Assembly: GCA_040954595.2 (NCBI GenBank)
Contig: CM082587.2
Location: 4,234,093 to 4,298,092 of the forward strand
Direction: 5' to 3'
Length of the DNA stretch: 64,000 bases
From: Balanoglossus misakiensis
Taxonomy: Eukaryota; Animalia; Hemichordata
Positions 38,601 through 51,255 of the stretch are shown here, one piece after another (positions within the stretch are counted from its first letter, which is position 1; each line of letters begins with the position of its first letter). The position numbers were made by a program, and so were the translations under genes. The notes below the pieces were generated by a model. It made no database searches and was not told the origin of the DNA. It was given only the letters and a program-made list of their open reading frames with translations.

Positions 38601-41600
38601 GGGGGGGGGGGGGAACATTAATATGACCACAATTTATCACAATTACCATGTTTAATGGCAATCTGGCACTGTACAGAACATTAGTTTAAAAATTCCAAAC
38701 AAACACAGAAGACAATGCCAGCATTTTACAATCCTACTTACTTTTTGGCATCTCATCTTTGACTTCATCCTCTGGGGTTGGAGTACCTGGCCTCCCTTCT
38801 GCTTGGTCATCAGCATTCCTGTGGTTACCACCATTACTGGATGGGTATCCTGGCATCTAAGTTGTGAAGTAAAGAGGGGAAAAACTAGTTACACCCTCCA
38901 TCCGCTATGTATACATTCCCCCACGCCAAATCACATCTTTTACTACATAAACCGGAGTGGCTGTAGTCAGAGGTTTCTGCCAGCAATGCTTGATGCCGAC
39001 CACCTGACAAGTTATCTCGGAAAATTCTCCTGAATCGGTTGTAATCTCTCACCTTTGGCGCTGTCGGAGAAGTGGGCGTGCCAGGTTTACCACCTGGTTT
39101 GACTTTCTGCTTCTTCCTGATTGGTGCAGCCGGTGCATTCAACGCGTCCATGAAACCAGAGCTCTCATTGATTTTGACAATGTGAACAGCTGCAATAAAA
39201 AATACAGAGTGGGTTAAAATACACTCTCCTGATCACTAGCCATATTTTGATCGTAACAACTTGAGAAGATATTCTCTTTAAAAATTGAGAATGAGAATAA
39301 AAATAAGTGCTACTGGCTACTTGTAGCCACAGTGAAACTTACGTTTTGGCTTGGCAGGTATAAGCTTAATTTTGCTCTGTGTGGTCGTCGTCGTCGACGA
39401 CGTTGATGAAGCAGGCATCGTCGAGATTGTTGCACTGGTTGGCGTTGAGGGTTTAACCTTCTTCTCTGGAGGCTGCAGTGCCTTGCTAGGATCGGACCTG
39501 AAAGGAAACAAAAGCCAATCACAATTTTTAAACATGTCATTTAGAACAGCATCCTTACTGCGGTATATACGCAATCATCAGTCAGGTTCACACTGGCCAC
39601 TTGAAATATATCTCCAACTGACAGTAACATGAATATACACACTTTCAGATTCCAGATATGTATATTATCATCAGTATTACTCACCCTGTCCTCTTTGGGA
39701 TTCTAATATTTGGTGGCCTCTCCGCAATATCTGTGTTGATCTTTTTCTTGAATTTGACTGGTGGTAACTTGGTCTCTGTTTCAAGGCCTTCAATTGGACA
39801 CAAGACACAAAGAATTCAACAAAGTGTACTCAGCAAAATAGATGTGGTATTGTCTTTACGTAAATTTAGAGAGCTTTCTTTAAACCAAACAAGCACTTTT
39901 TTTTAAAGTCGTTCTTGTTTTGTTTCAACAAGACCTGATAATGCTTACCTGTCGACCTGAATTTGGCATGTGCTGGTACTGCCATTTTGCGTTTCTTTTC
40001 CACTTTCTCCGTCTTGGGTCCATTCACATTATTATTACTGGTAGTGCTGCTACTGCTGCTGCTATTACCAGTGGCAGTGCTGGGGTCACTAGGTTTTTCC
40101 TTCTTCTTCTTCTTTTTCTTCTCTGGTTTGTCTGTGGAAGAGAAAATGGTTCCGAGTGAAAGGCGAGTGTATTCTACTATACTGCAAGATCATTCGCAAC
40201 TTTGCAGACAGCTTTGCATGCAACAAATCACAGATAAACAATTGTTGGTGATGAAAGTAAAATCTCATTACCTGTACTGCCCTTCACCAGACTCATCCAA
40301 GCTGTAACCAACTTGCTGGCCACATTCTTGACTTCTGCAATGAGAGACGACACCAAATATTTACATACTGACCACATTATTTCAAAGCTACAAGCTGCTT
40401 GATACATTTTTCCCCATTCTATATGTGTGTTAGAAACAAGGTCAATTTCTCAAATTATCGTTACCAAAGAAATAACTTGTACAGTTTGACTTACTGTCAT
40501 CGTATTCTCCTTTGCTGATCTGTCTGACAACCTTCGCAGTGTTATTCTGAAAAACAAAAATAAAACATGGTACGTTAAGAAAATTCCATGGCATGCTTAA
40601 ATTTTAATTTTTCCCCCATAATTTTCCAGAGGCACATGGGCCCTTTTATGTCACCATTCTTCACTTTTGGTTGAAGACTGATTCACAACGCAAGACATTA
40701 CCTGCTTCAGTGTTTCAATTGTCATCGGAAGCTGTTTCAAGATTTTCATAATCTCCATGAGAAGTATGAGATTCTCGCCCTCCTTGGCGTCGACCAGCCA
40801 CGTGTTTAAGACATTCCACCCTCCTACTTCTACAAATCTACAAGAAATACAAAGGCAGTCATTAGTAACGAGCAGAGGTACGAATGACAAAATCAATTAG
40901 AAAGTAAAGATGCATAAAACAAACCATCTCGCAGGCTTCAGATCTCACCCTTCTTCATTCAAGATTTTTTTTTAAATATCCTGCATAAACCACCACATTG
41001 AAACCTTCGGGACCCAAGCACGCAAGAGTGACACAGAAAAAAGATACTCACTTATCCAAGGAAAGTTTGTCCGTCGTAACTCTGAGAATATTACAGTAAA
41101 TACACCTGCTGACGAGCTTCTTGGCATCTCGCATTAAACTGAAAGAGCACAACAAAATGTGAGAAGGGTGTGAAACCGACACCTGGATTTCACTGGCATT
41201 TTCTGAACATGTACCAGTAAAACGGAAAGTGACCAGTCTTCAGTTACTTTGGTTTGATTGACTTTGTCCCGGAAATCATAGAAAGTTTCTTTAAAATGCT
41301 ACATACCTCACCAACCGCACAACTTCCTTTGGAGATTTGATGGATCCCTCCTCTGCCAGAAGCGGGGACAGAGCATTCAGAAGCTGTCTGGGGTCTACAG
41401 CATTGGAACTCTGTGAAAATAAAAGACAAAATTGAGGTCAGAATTTACACTATGATTCAAGTACTGCATTTTTCGTCGCCAGTAAAACCGTAATCCCATC
41501 CCTCAACTGTAGTCTACTACTGCAGTTATCCCCTCCCACCTAACCAGGGCTGTGCATTCATGTGGTTTCAAGCTTGCATTTTACATGGTGGACTTCCTTG

Positions 41601-43046
41601 TATTATGTTTGCTGCCAATGCATTTGGCTTCAGTAGCTGCCAGTGTTGGCTTCAGCCAGTGAAATCTGCCTAATATTAGCACTGAAATCTTGTGTAGAAG
41701 TTCTTTGTTTCTGTCATGGCATTCTGACTTTTCTTCTTAACTTATTTTTTGCAGTTACCAGTTATATTGAGTTAACAAACTCAAGAATTTTCCTTCAGTC
41801 GAATTTGACTTATTAGCGGTATCAATGGTGTATATGTTCCTTTGTTTAGCCTCTAAATAAACACTTGTAAATTTTGTTTCCAAATCTGGGAAAAGTTCTA
41901 CTTATCACATCTTGAATATATGTCTCACCACCATATAACCACACATCACACCAGCCACTTGCAACACCACATTCCTTCAACTACCCCCCCCCCCCCAACA
42001 GACACACACACTGACCCTCAAAACCATCTGAAGTCTCCCCACCAAGCCTGCTCACAGGCACACCCACACACAAGATGCAACCCAAGCATGCCTGCACACA
42101 CACACACACACACACACTTGACCAACTCCTACTTTTTAACCAATCAATCACTTGTAATTTGGGACACAATATCTTTATTTCTTTTGCTTCATCTAAAAGT
42201 ACATTGCTTTACATTTGATGAGAGAAAAAATGTTACATGCCACGACATGCAATACCTTGTACAACGACATTTTCGAAAGTGTAATGAATTTAATACATCT
42301 TCCGAACAAAGCCTTTGCATTCTCTTCATGTGTATGCAAGAAATGCCCTGTTACGGATGTCCAGTTTCATATAATGAAACATTGTTATTTACATGAAATA
42401 TAGCCATTGTCACTTAATTATGGCTACAGTCAGTATTAGGAGGGAATTATATCATGAACTATTTGTTGCCCCCCCCCCCCCCACTAAACATTGGTTTCTC
42501 CCTAGTATTTTCTTCACAATCTTAGTGGAACCCATTTTTCCTCAGGGCAAAATAGGCTGAAATCAGTGCACCCTTTATTTATGGCAGTTTCACAATCCTT
42601 TTTATGATTAGACATGCAATGCAGGAACCACTTGAATGCAACACAACCCTTCTGAAGAAATCAACAAAACGAAGTGGAAACTTGGCCGTTCAAGTTAGAT
42701 ATACCCCTACTTTTCCAATTTCAGTTATCCCTGAACACTGACCCTTCTGGTGGTGACAGTGCCCAAGTGGAACATGTCCCAGGGATGTAAAAAACCATCC
42801 TGATGCTACTCATTACATGGGTAAACACTTCACATCCGCAGTCGTGCTATATTTTTTTTCCGCATCACTGAAACACCATGATTCAGGCTACCACTTGTAA
42901 CCACAGCGATGAGTTCAGAGCACCATCGGGAGTGTCGACCCTTTTCTCTTTTTGTGATACCGCTGATGAGCTGTAAGCATCGTTCACTGAAGAATCGTGC
43001 TACGCTTCACCACGGAAAGTGATTTGACCGTTTAATTAATTACCAT
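35417..43046 (-). CDS. PPP1R10: PP1 nuclear targeting subunit PNUTS (TFIIS N-terminal domain, RVxF motif, Pro/Gly/RGG region, CCCH finger)
   Basis: ATG at 43046-43044 is directly followed by a GT donor, then about 19 exons: [18 protein letters not shown] (41410-41307), [32 protein letters not shown]...[48 protein letters not shown]...[21 protein letters not shown] repeats, and the final exon [27 protein letters not shown] ending at TAG 35419-35417. 5' UTR exons are at about 43047-43229 and 47075-47200. Confidence 0.92.
35603..35700. repeat. (GA)n and poly-G polypurine tract
   Basis: About 100 bp of nearly pure purines in the last PPP1R10 intron. Confidence 0.9.
36662..36741. mobile_element. 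Short dispersed repeat remnant with a piggyBac-like TTAA-CCC end
   Basis: Starts TTAACCCTCTCACCACCATGGTTTG...CTATGGTAAA. A similar CACCATGGTTTG...CTATGGCAAG segment lies at about 30330-30372 in a SNAPC4 intron. No matching right end was seen. Confidence 0.35.
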
Positions 43047-46000
43047 GTTGTGTGGAAAGTCCAAATAAAGAAAAGAACTGAGAGGCCGAATCGACCGTGC
43101 ATCCACAGGGGGGACCGCTTATTCTCTCTCTCGCTCTCTCTCTCCGAGATGCAGAGATCTTCTTGGCAGGGGCCCCTTTATTCTCCTCTCATAGATGCAA
43201 GGATCTTGGTGGCAGTTTCGGAGACCCTCTGAAATAAAAAGAAAAAAAAAGAAAGAAAAAAAATGTCAGTCTCAGGAACCTACTTTTCAGACACACAATG
43301 AATACTGGCTCTCAGATTAGTATAAATCACCTATTTGACATGTTCTGCTAATAAATCATGCTCAATGATCCATTGACATAGCTCAACCCATGCCCTGTGA
43401 ATGGACATACCACAAACACTTGCATACATTAATTTTTAGCCAATACCAAAAATGTCTTTCTAGTAATCACATCACATTTCTGCCCATACAGACGGCATGA
43501 GTCGAGTTCCAACAACCAATGATTGAGCATATTTCAGAAAGCAGAATGGCAATTAATAACCAAAATACATGTATTGTCAAACAGCAAAAATAAACAGTTG
43601 GTGAAGTTGATCCATAGTGCTAACCCCATGATGACTATAACCAAATTACAACAATAGTGGATTCTCTAAGAACTAGTACATCCGACGGTATAATAAATTA
43701 CAGTAAACAGTGCCTTTAAAATTGTACACATACAGGAATGAACTGTTAATAGTAAATTAACTTCAGGTCATCTATGCTTGTGACAGAATACACAAGACTC
43801 AATTCCTACACCTCTCAGAACTCAAAAATGGCCAAATGTATCATACAAAACAACTTTTGGATGTCTTGGCTGAATAACTATTGGATGTCTTGGCTGAAAA
43901 TACATTTCTAATGGCTGTGTTGCAAGTTAAAAATTCATTTTCTGTTTCCCAAGACAGACAAGCCCTGCTTACACTTTGCCAAACACTCCTTACAACTTGT
44001 GTAAATTTCATAAAGGCTACTGATAAAAAGAACACATGAAGAAATTAACATTGACGAGACTAAACATATGGACAGATATAGTTTCTCAAATTTCACAGTA
44101 ACACCCTATTCTTGACCCAAATCTGTTTGTACATGGAAGTTGTGACATCACTTAAACAGTACATTTCAAAACACGTCCCTGGCTGAATAAATTACACCGC
44201 CATATCTAGCATAATACTGTCACATGTACATGCATTTCTTACAGCATTTTAGGGTTATAAATCAAGCCATGTTTCATTAAATTGTGACAAGAGTCTACAC
44301 GTTTCTGGATACCACTCTATTTAACAGCACCTAACATGTTACTAATATTACACATTTTTATGATCACCGAGTGTAAACGCATAATTAACTTGCATACAGC
44401 ATTCATATTTGCGTGTAACATGTAAATCATTGATGTTGTACAGCACAGGGCAAAGGTTATACATTTTCTGATGCAAGATGTACTGAGCATTTCCCATGGG
44501 TATTAGACCTATCACATTATTCACAACAAAATATTTCCAGAACAAGTAACAAAGGCAGCAAGTAAAGCAATATACAGGCATCATTCAGTTCTTCACAATA
44601 AATATTTCTTTAGTCATATAAAAAAATAATCAGAAATGCTGGTAGTACATGTATATACATCAAACCCTCCACAAACTATGTCACAGAATGCTTCTTTGAT
44701 ATGCGGATGAACAGAGCGTCGTCGAGTTTTTTGCAATTGACAAAAACGTCAAAACTGAAACAAGTATAAAGTCCAGGTAATTCAATAAGTCATACTGTTT
44801 ATGCAAAACAAATATATGCTGCTTTTTTCGAGCTGATTTCAGAACAGTTTACATTCAACACACTATAGTCACAAAAAAGGTTATTATTCGTTACAGACTG
44901 TGATAAAACTTATCACAATATTCTAAAATAGCCGTTCAATGTTGCAGTCTTCATCCAATTACGCAGGTCATCCGAAGCACTTCACAGTTGATAGCAACCT
45001 TCAGGACATGTAACACTGTGCACACATCAATCCCACTTGGCTGAATGTCAGGTGAGAAATATACATTTGATAGACACATCAAAAATATCAATCATAACAG
45101 GTACGAGCAAGCTCACAGTTCAATGTTAAGAAGTCATTTTTCACAAATGAATTGTAGATTATCGAGATATGCAACTGTGATCTTGCTTGTGAAAAAAATT
45201 ACATGTACAATGGAAGGCTAGAATTTCACTTTTGGGGTGTTTGACATCGCAACTTGCTGCTATGATCCATCAAACAGCAGCAGACAGGTGTGTCCAATAT
45301 GCTTTTTCTTTTAGACCTTGTCAGTCATGCTCTCCAATTCAACGATATTAGAGCAACATGCCACTATATCAGATTCCATGAAACTCTAAAAAATTTAAAT
45401 TATGAACAGGCAGGTTGGTTTATGTGTTGAAAAAATGGTAAGGAACATGGTACTGAGGGACATTAAGCAGCAACTTTGGACAAATCTTTTATTTTTCTCT
45501 GTAGAGCAAGTCCAAGAAGAAACTCTGATCTATACGCGAGTTTCTTAGTCTACCTACATATCATGCTACATCTGGCCCTCTACTGTTTACCAGTATCACT
45601 TGTGTTGGTACAATGACCATTATTGTCAGGAAATTAAACAAATTTTCGATAACCTTTCAGCAATACCAACTATGTTCAAATACTGTACCAATATGGTGCA
45701 TATTAGGAATTTGGATCATGCGTCTGTTTTTTTTACCTACAGGAAACTGCTGGCCTTCAAAAGTGGCCAGAATTTACAGCTTTCAACCAGGAGCTAAGAG
45801 TATCTTTATGAGAATATCCAAGTTGTCCCACTGAAAATTGAGTTTTCAGAACATTGTTCTCTTCATTGACCATGAATTCCTCAATATTTGATGCCCCCAG
45901 ATTAATGTATATCATATATACCTCTGATGAACTAACCAATTACAAGTAAAATGTATTTGATATTCAATATAATGCAAATACATGAGTAGTTTATTTAAAT

Positions 46001-47149
46001 TGCTAAATTAAGTGATTACCTACTTTTATGCATATTTTAAAATGTGCAACTTATTTTGTTAAATGTCTACTAAGATTGTGTTTTAAGTAATTGATTCTAA
46101 ACAACTGGTCAGACTCCCATATGGAGCACGGCTGATACTTAAATTCAATTGCTTAGTATTTAGCTTTTTTTCACTCTCTCTCAGACTTCCTTGAGTGTCA
46201 TAGTCTTCTCTACCAGTTGGTTTGGCCAAAAACGCAAGTTACTGCAGAAACAAAGGTCATCAAGTCAAATTGTGTCACTTCCATTATCTTGTCTATTCAT
46301 GTTATGGGGTAATACTGTTGTGTACACTAGTTTCTGCACTACTGTGCTAAGTATCAAGCAGTAATTTTAAACAATCCTCAACCAAGAATAACATCGGTGT
46401 TTGGAGAATGCTTCGAACTCTGCTGGCTTTATTTCAGCCGCTGATATTGGTTTCGCCCTGCAATTGTTATGCAAATTTTACCGCCAGATATGTAAAACGA
46501 CATGCATGATGGCACTGGGCCAAGTTCTTTTCATATGCAAATTCCGTTCGCGCACTAACGCGCGTGACATCGACAATCTTTATGCTAGATTGTTCATTCC
46601 ACCTAATTATATATTCACGTCACATATTCGGCAAATATTTCAACACTAGCGATCCATTGTACATGAAATTCTGTAATATCATAAATAAAGGTCACAGAAA
46701 TGAAGGAAATAGAGAGAAAGAGTGCATTCTGCCCCATCCACTTAGTCGTTTTATCTACAACGACATTGGCTGGGTCAAAATTTATGCTCACTTACACTTT
46801 ATATTACAGCCTCTGTAATTGTCGGACTTCTGCCAATTTTACACACAACATATATAGTATAAGCTTTGAAATATATAATATATTTGGATATGTTGCGTTT
46901 ATGAAAATTTCAGAGCCTTGTTGCGTATGAATAATGTCGGGTAAAAGCCTGGAATTTTGGTTGCCTACATCGTCAAACACGTTGCCACACCCCAACTCTT
47001 CAACCTGGAGTTTCACTGGATAATTCACACCATTTTCAGAATCTGAAAGCGAAAGAAGCAATGTTAAGTATATACCTCATCATTCTGTCAAAATTAAATG
47101 TATACGAACCGGTATAAATGGGCGAATTCTTGGTAAAAAGCACCAAATT

Positions 47150-47680
47150 TGAGAGCACAAAAATGGCGACCTTCTCCTCACCTCTCCAAATTAAAAATGC
47201 TGGCTTGCATGACGTCATCTATGTACGCAAAGCGATGGAATCAAAGGACCCCCTAACAAGCGTAAGTCTATCAACTGTATTCCTGAGACATAAAAACATT
47301 GGTTAATTATGGTAATGTTATTCTTTGAATATTACACAAGCATGGCGAACAATCTTAAAAAATACTTATTCACTAATTTATCTCTGAAATGACTGAAAGA
47401 TTAAATGAAACACCATAACAACTGGCCCAGTTATATAAAAAATAAGCTACTTATAACGGTGTTAGGGGTCCTTAGATAGTAGTAGATCACATGACTTCAA
47501 TAGCGTGAAGTTATTCAAAAAACATCATTATTATGACGACATTTTGACAAAACAAAGTTCACTATTTTTAATATCTTTAAATTGAAATATCCTGCAAGTT
47601 TAAGCTTGTTGATGTATGAATATTGAAGTCAATTTCATTCATGCACGAGATTTCGTGCATCATGGGTAATAATAAAGATG
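47150..47680. promoter_or_regulatory. Bidirectional promoter shared by PPP1R10 and MRPS18B
   Basis: Divergent genes about 0.5 kb apart. YY1-type motifs AAAATGGCG (about 47160) and AAGATGGC (over the MRPS18B ATG), and a CRE TGACGTCA at 47210-47217. Confidence 0.65.
47240..47477. mobile_element. MITE-like element with imperfect terminal inverted repeats
   Basis: Left end ATCAAAGGACCCCCTAACAAGCGTAAGT (47240-47267). The right end ACTTATAACGGTGTTAGGGGTCCTTAGAT (47449-47477) is its near reverse complement. The interior is AT-rich and non-coding; no clear TSD. Confidence 0.45.
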
Positions 47681-50600
47681 GCAGCGCTCATGAGAAGGTA
47701 TTCCCCACTCTGGAAAACATGTGTCCTTTTAATAAAGCCGCCTCGAGTCGTGTCGTTAAACAGGATCCCCAGAAATATTCACGTAAGTTTTGTATATTGC
47801 TTGGATTCATATGTCGACATAACCACAGACCATACAAAACGACCGTTTTCCATGTCGGGGTCCCCGGGGCTCGGCGATCGCATCCGCAGTACATGTAGCC
47901 CTACGACTCAATGGCCGGGCCATGATAACGTTGTCTGTCTGTGTTTGGGGGTACAGTGTGATGAATGGGAAAATGCATACTCTCCATAACGAAAGAAAAC
48001 GCTCACTTAAACTTAAAGGAGCATGCAATGCACAGACCACCCTTTGATTCCCAATAAACAGTTCCGTTGTTTGTTTCTATAGAAGTGCCCACGTCAAGAA
48101 ATACGGGTATTTAACAATGTAATCAAGCAAAGTTGATGAAATTAAAATCTTCTCTTTCTTAGGTAATTCTTCATCAGCAGCAAAGACTGTTGTCTGTGAC
48201 TCCAAGGTTCCTTCAAGAAGACAGTGATGGTGACTTGGAGTTGGATCGGCCAATCAAGTCCCCAGAGTATAAAAACTGGAAATATGTCTTCTCAGAAGAA
48301 GAGATTCAAACAGGACTTCAATACATGACATCAGAAGGTAAGTGAAAAGGGCAGATCTTTAATACAAGTGAAGAAATGATAAAAAATAGAAATTTAACAA
48401 GGTCTTCAGCATTGGTTCTCTTCTCAGCAAGCTGTGACAGTGGTTCAATATTTTGCTAGACGTTGCTTGTTGCACAGCTTGCTGACTAAAGGGTCAAGCA
48501 TTTTCATTAGAACTGTATGTTGTTGCTTTTTCAGACTACACAGAAAGATATGGGGGAAAACCAGTTTGGGCAGTTTACAAAAGAAATTTCAAGGGCCAAG
48601 TTCCTAAAATGGTGAGTTAGAAGCATGCAGGTTATATTTGACAACTTCAAGGGCTTGCTGACGAGAGCTTATTCAGACCTGACCACTGCGTGACTATGCC
48701 TTGGACATCCAGCAACACTTCTGAGCTCCGTACTTCCACCCAATGTCTTTGCCAGACAAATTTTAAAGCAAAGTCCTTAGGAAAATTCTACATCTGTGGA
48801 AGAGGTTGTGTGTAGCGCCCTCTGCGCTAATAGTGTTGTATCCAGTTGTTTGTACATAATATGTACCGATGATGGCGCTAGTATAGACTGAAATCCTTGC
48901 TGAAATCGGCCAATGGTGTGAAAAATTATGACAGTTTACATTTCAGTTGTGTGTGTGTCATTTCTAGTAGATATGACTAGAGTTTGAGTTCCTTGGTTGG
49001 GTTTTTATTTTTTTCTAATTTCTAGCAGTTTTGTTTTCAATAGAAATCAATGCCAATCAATGAAATTTGGCTAATGTACAATGTTTGTGCTTTTTTATTT
49101 CAGAAAACAAGAAAAATGTGTATTGTAAGTTTTTCAATGTTATTTACACCTTCCACTAATTTTCACAAAACCCCTAATAAATCTGTACTCTTCAAATTAT
49201 TCCTTTGGTGCTTGTATCAGTTTGTTGATTTTGGTATGATTGGCATTAATTGTTCTTTTTTTCCCCAACGCAGAGGGGAGACAAAATGTCTTCCAACCCC
49301 TGCCCTATTTGCAGAGATCAAAATTTAGCGCTTCATCACAGGGTAGGTCACTCATGTATTTAATTGCTTGAGTAAGTTTTGGATCTATTGTTACATAACA
49401 ATGTTACAATTAAGACATTCTAATTAAATTATGTGATTTTGGTTATTTAATTAAAATTATTGTATAAGTTAACATCCATGTGTATAGTCTGCAGGGGAAA
49501 TTTTGCCAAGCTTGGTCATATTCAGAAAGTCAATCAATTTCTAATTGGTCTTCAAGTAGATAAATTAAAGTCATCCAGATCGAAATCTCGGTGGTTTTTT
49601 GTTTGATCACGACGTGCCAAAGTGCAAAAGTTGAATCTGCTGTGAAATGTCAAATTCTCACCCGGTTTATATTTGAAGATCGTATTACGAGCAGGGTGCA
49701 CGCAGAGCAGACTCGACACTGATGATTCAATAAAATACAGCAGGCGTCCAAACACGGCACATCTGTAAGGTGCGCATATTTCCAGCCCAAAAGACCGGAT
49801 CAATAGAAATCACCATCTCTGTATCAAATATCACAAAAGAGACCAGATGAGCTCCCTTCACGCGCTTCCTTATTGATTTCCAACGCAAAAAGTCAGAGCA
49901 TCTTTATTAGCAACGCGAATCCCGTTTTATTAAAATTTAAACGAAAGAGAAGAAAAGACTTCGGCATTTCCTGCTCGCTGGAATTTGCATAAACTCACAG
50001 TGTCCCAGTTGTCAGGTTTTATTATTTTTTTATTGTTTAATTTTGCCAACAATGAGTGTGTGCAGGATTGAGTAATATCAAACGTGAAGGTTCGATTTGA
50101 TGGGAGTTGCAGCTGTTAATACAGACGTTGGAGTCATCACAAATAAAACGCGCTCATATTTGCTGCTTCTTCGACGATTAGATCTGTTTCAATTGAGTCG
50201 GGAGAAAAAAAATGTACAGCGGTGGTTTAGGGGTCACGCGGGAAGGAAAGATGTTCTGTGAAAATTGACATTGATGTACATGTACCTCCAGCGTTTGCCA
50301 GTTGATTTTTTTTTTTCAGTTTTACTGATCTCTCTCAGTAGCTTTATTTGGATTGGGGGGATGGGGGAAGAAGCAAGGTTGACTTGATGATCTGATCTTG
50401 ACAGAGAACTGGTAACAAAGCCAATCTAGTACTAGCGCTGGTTGACTTGTTTTTATCACAATTTGAAGGTACTGAAATAAAGATTACATTTACAGATGCC
50501 AGAACTCTGCAATTTTTTTCTTCAAATGTCATTTTGGTGCAAATTTGATATGTTAATGATGGAAATTGCCGATTTGAATGTCATATATGAGACAAGTTAT

Positions 50601-50860
50601 TCAGTATGACAAAAGGTGACCTTTTCTCCTTTGTGTCATTCAGTCACTCACAGTTTAAAGTGCAGCTATACAAACATATTTAGTTTTAATTTAATGACAG
50701 TAGCGTTAATTTAGTAAAACTGAATTTGAACACAAGTACTGAATTTCTTTTCTCTTTTTTTTGCAACCTGCAGAATGTGAAATTGTTAAACCAGTTTATA
50801 TGTCCGCATTCAGGCGAAATATACACAGCCACTGCAACAGGTATGTGTGTGTACATGTTG

Positions 50861-50913
<53 letters not shown>

Positions 50914-51255
50914 AAAAAAATAGGATGAAATTGCATTGACCGACTGTTTAGGTTGATGGAGGGTATAACATTAGATTGTGTTGTTTTTATCGCAGGTCTG
51001 TGTCAACGACAACATAAAAGATTGGAACAAGTAATTGAGGAGGCAAGATACAGGGGTCAGTTGTGTTTGCCTTTTGTCAAAATTAATTCTGTCTATCTAC
51101 ATAATCACTGTTGTGAACAGACAAGTTTCCCAATTTGCTGAAGTACCTGTCCTGTTTTGTCTTTTTCAGGTTTAATAATGGTGCCAGTTCCTGACATCGA
51201 ATACGATTATTCACATTACTACGGCCAAGATGCAGAGAAAAACAAAGCCCTCTAG
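47678..51255 (+). CDS. MRPS18B: Mitochondrial ribosomal protein S18B (mS40)
   Basis: Exons 47678-47782, 48163-48337, 48535-48611, 49104-49124 (21 nt), 49274-49342, 50774-50840, 50996-51055 and 51170-51255 give [53 protein letters not shown]...NVKLLNQFICPHSG...TGLCQRQHKRL, matching MRPS18B motifs ([35 protein letters not shown]). The basic N-terminus resembles a mitochondrial presequence. Confidence 0.92.
50861..50913. repeat. Compound (GTCT)n(ATCT)n microsatellite
   Basis: Directly visible in MRPS18B intron 6. Confidence 0.9.

Noticed and set aside
42960-43020. Hammerhead-like CTGATGAG...GAAA
   Set aside because: The three required stems could not be built around the core motifs.
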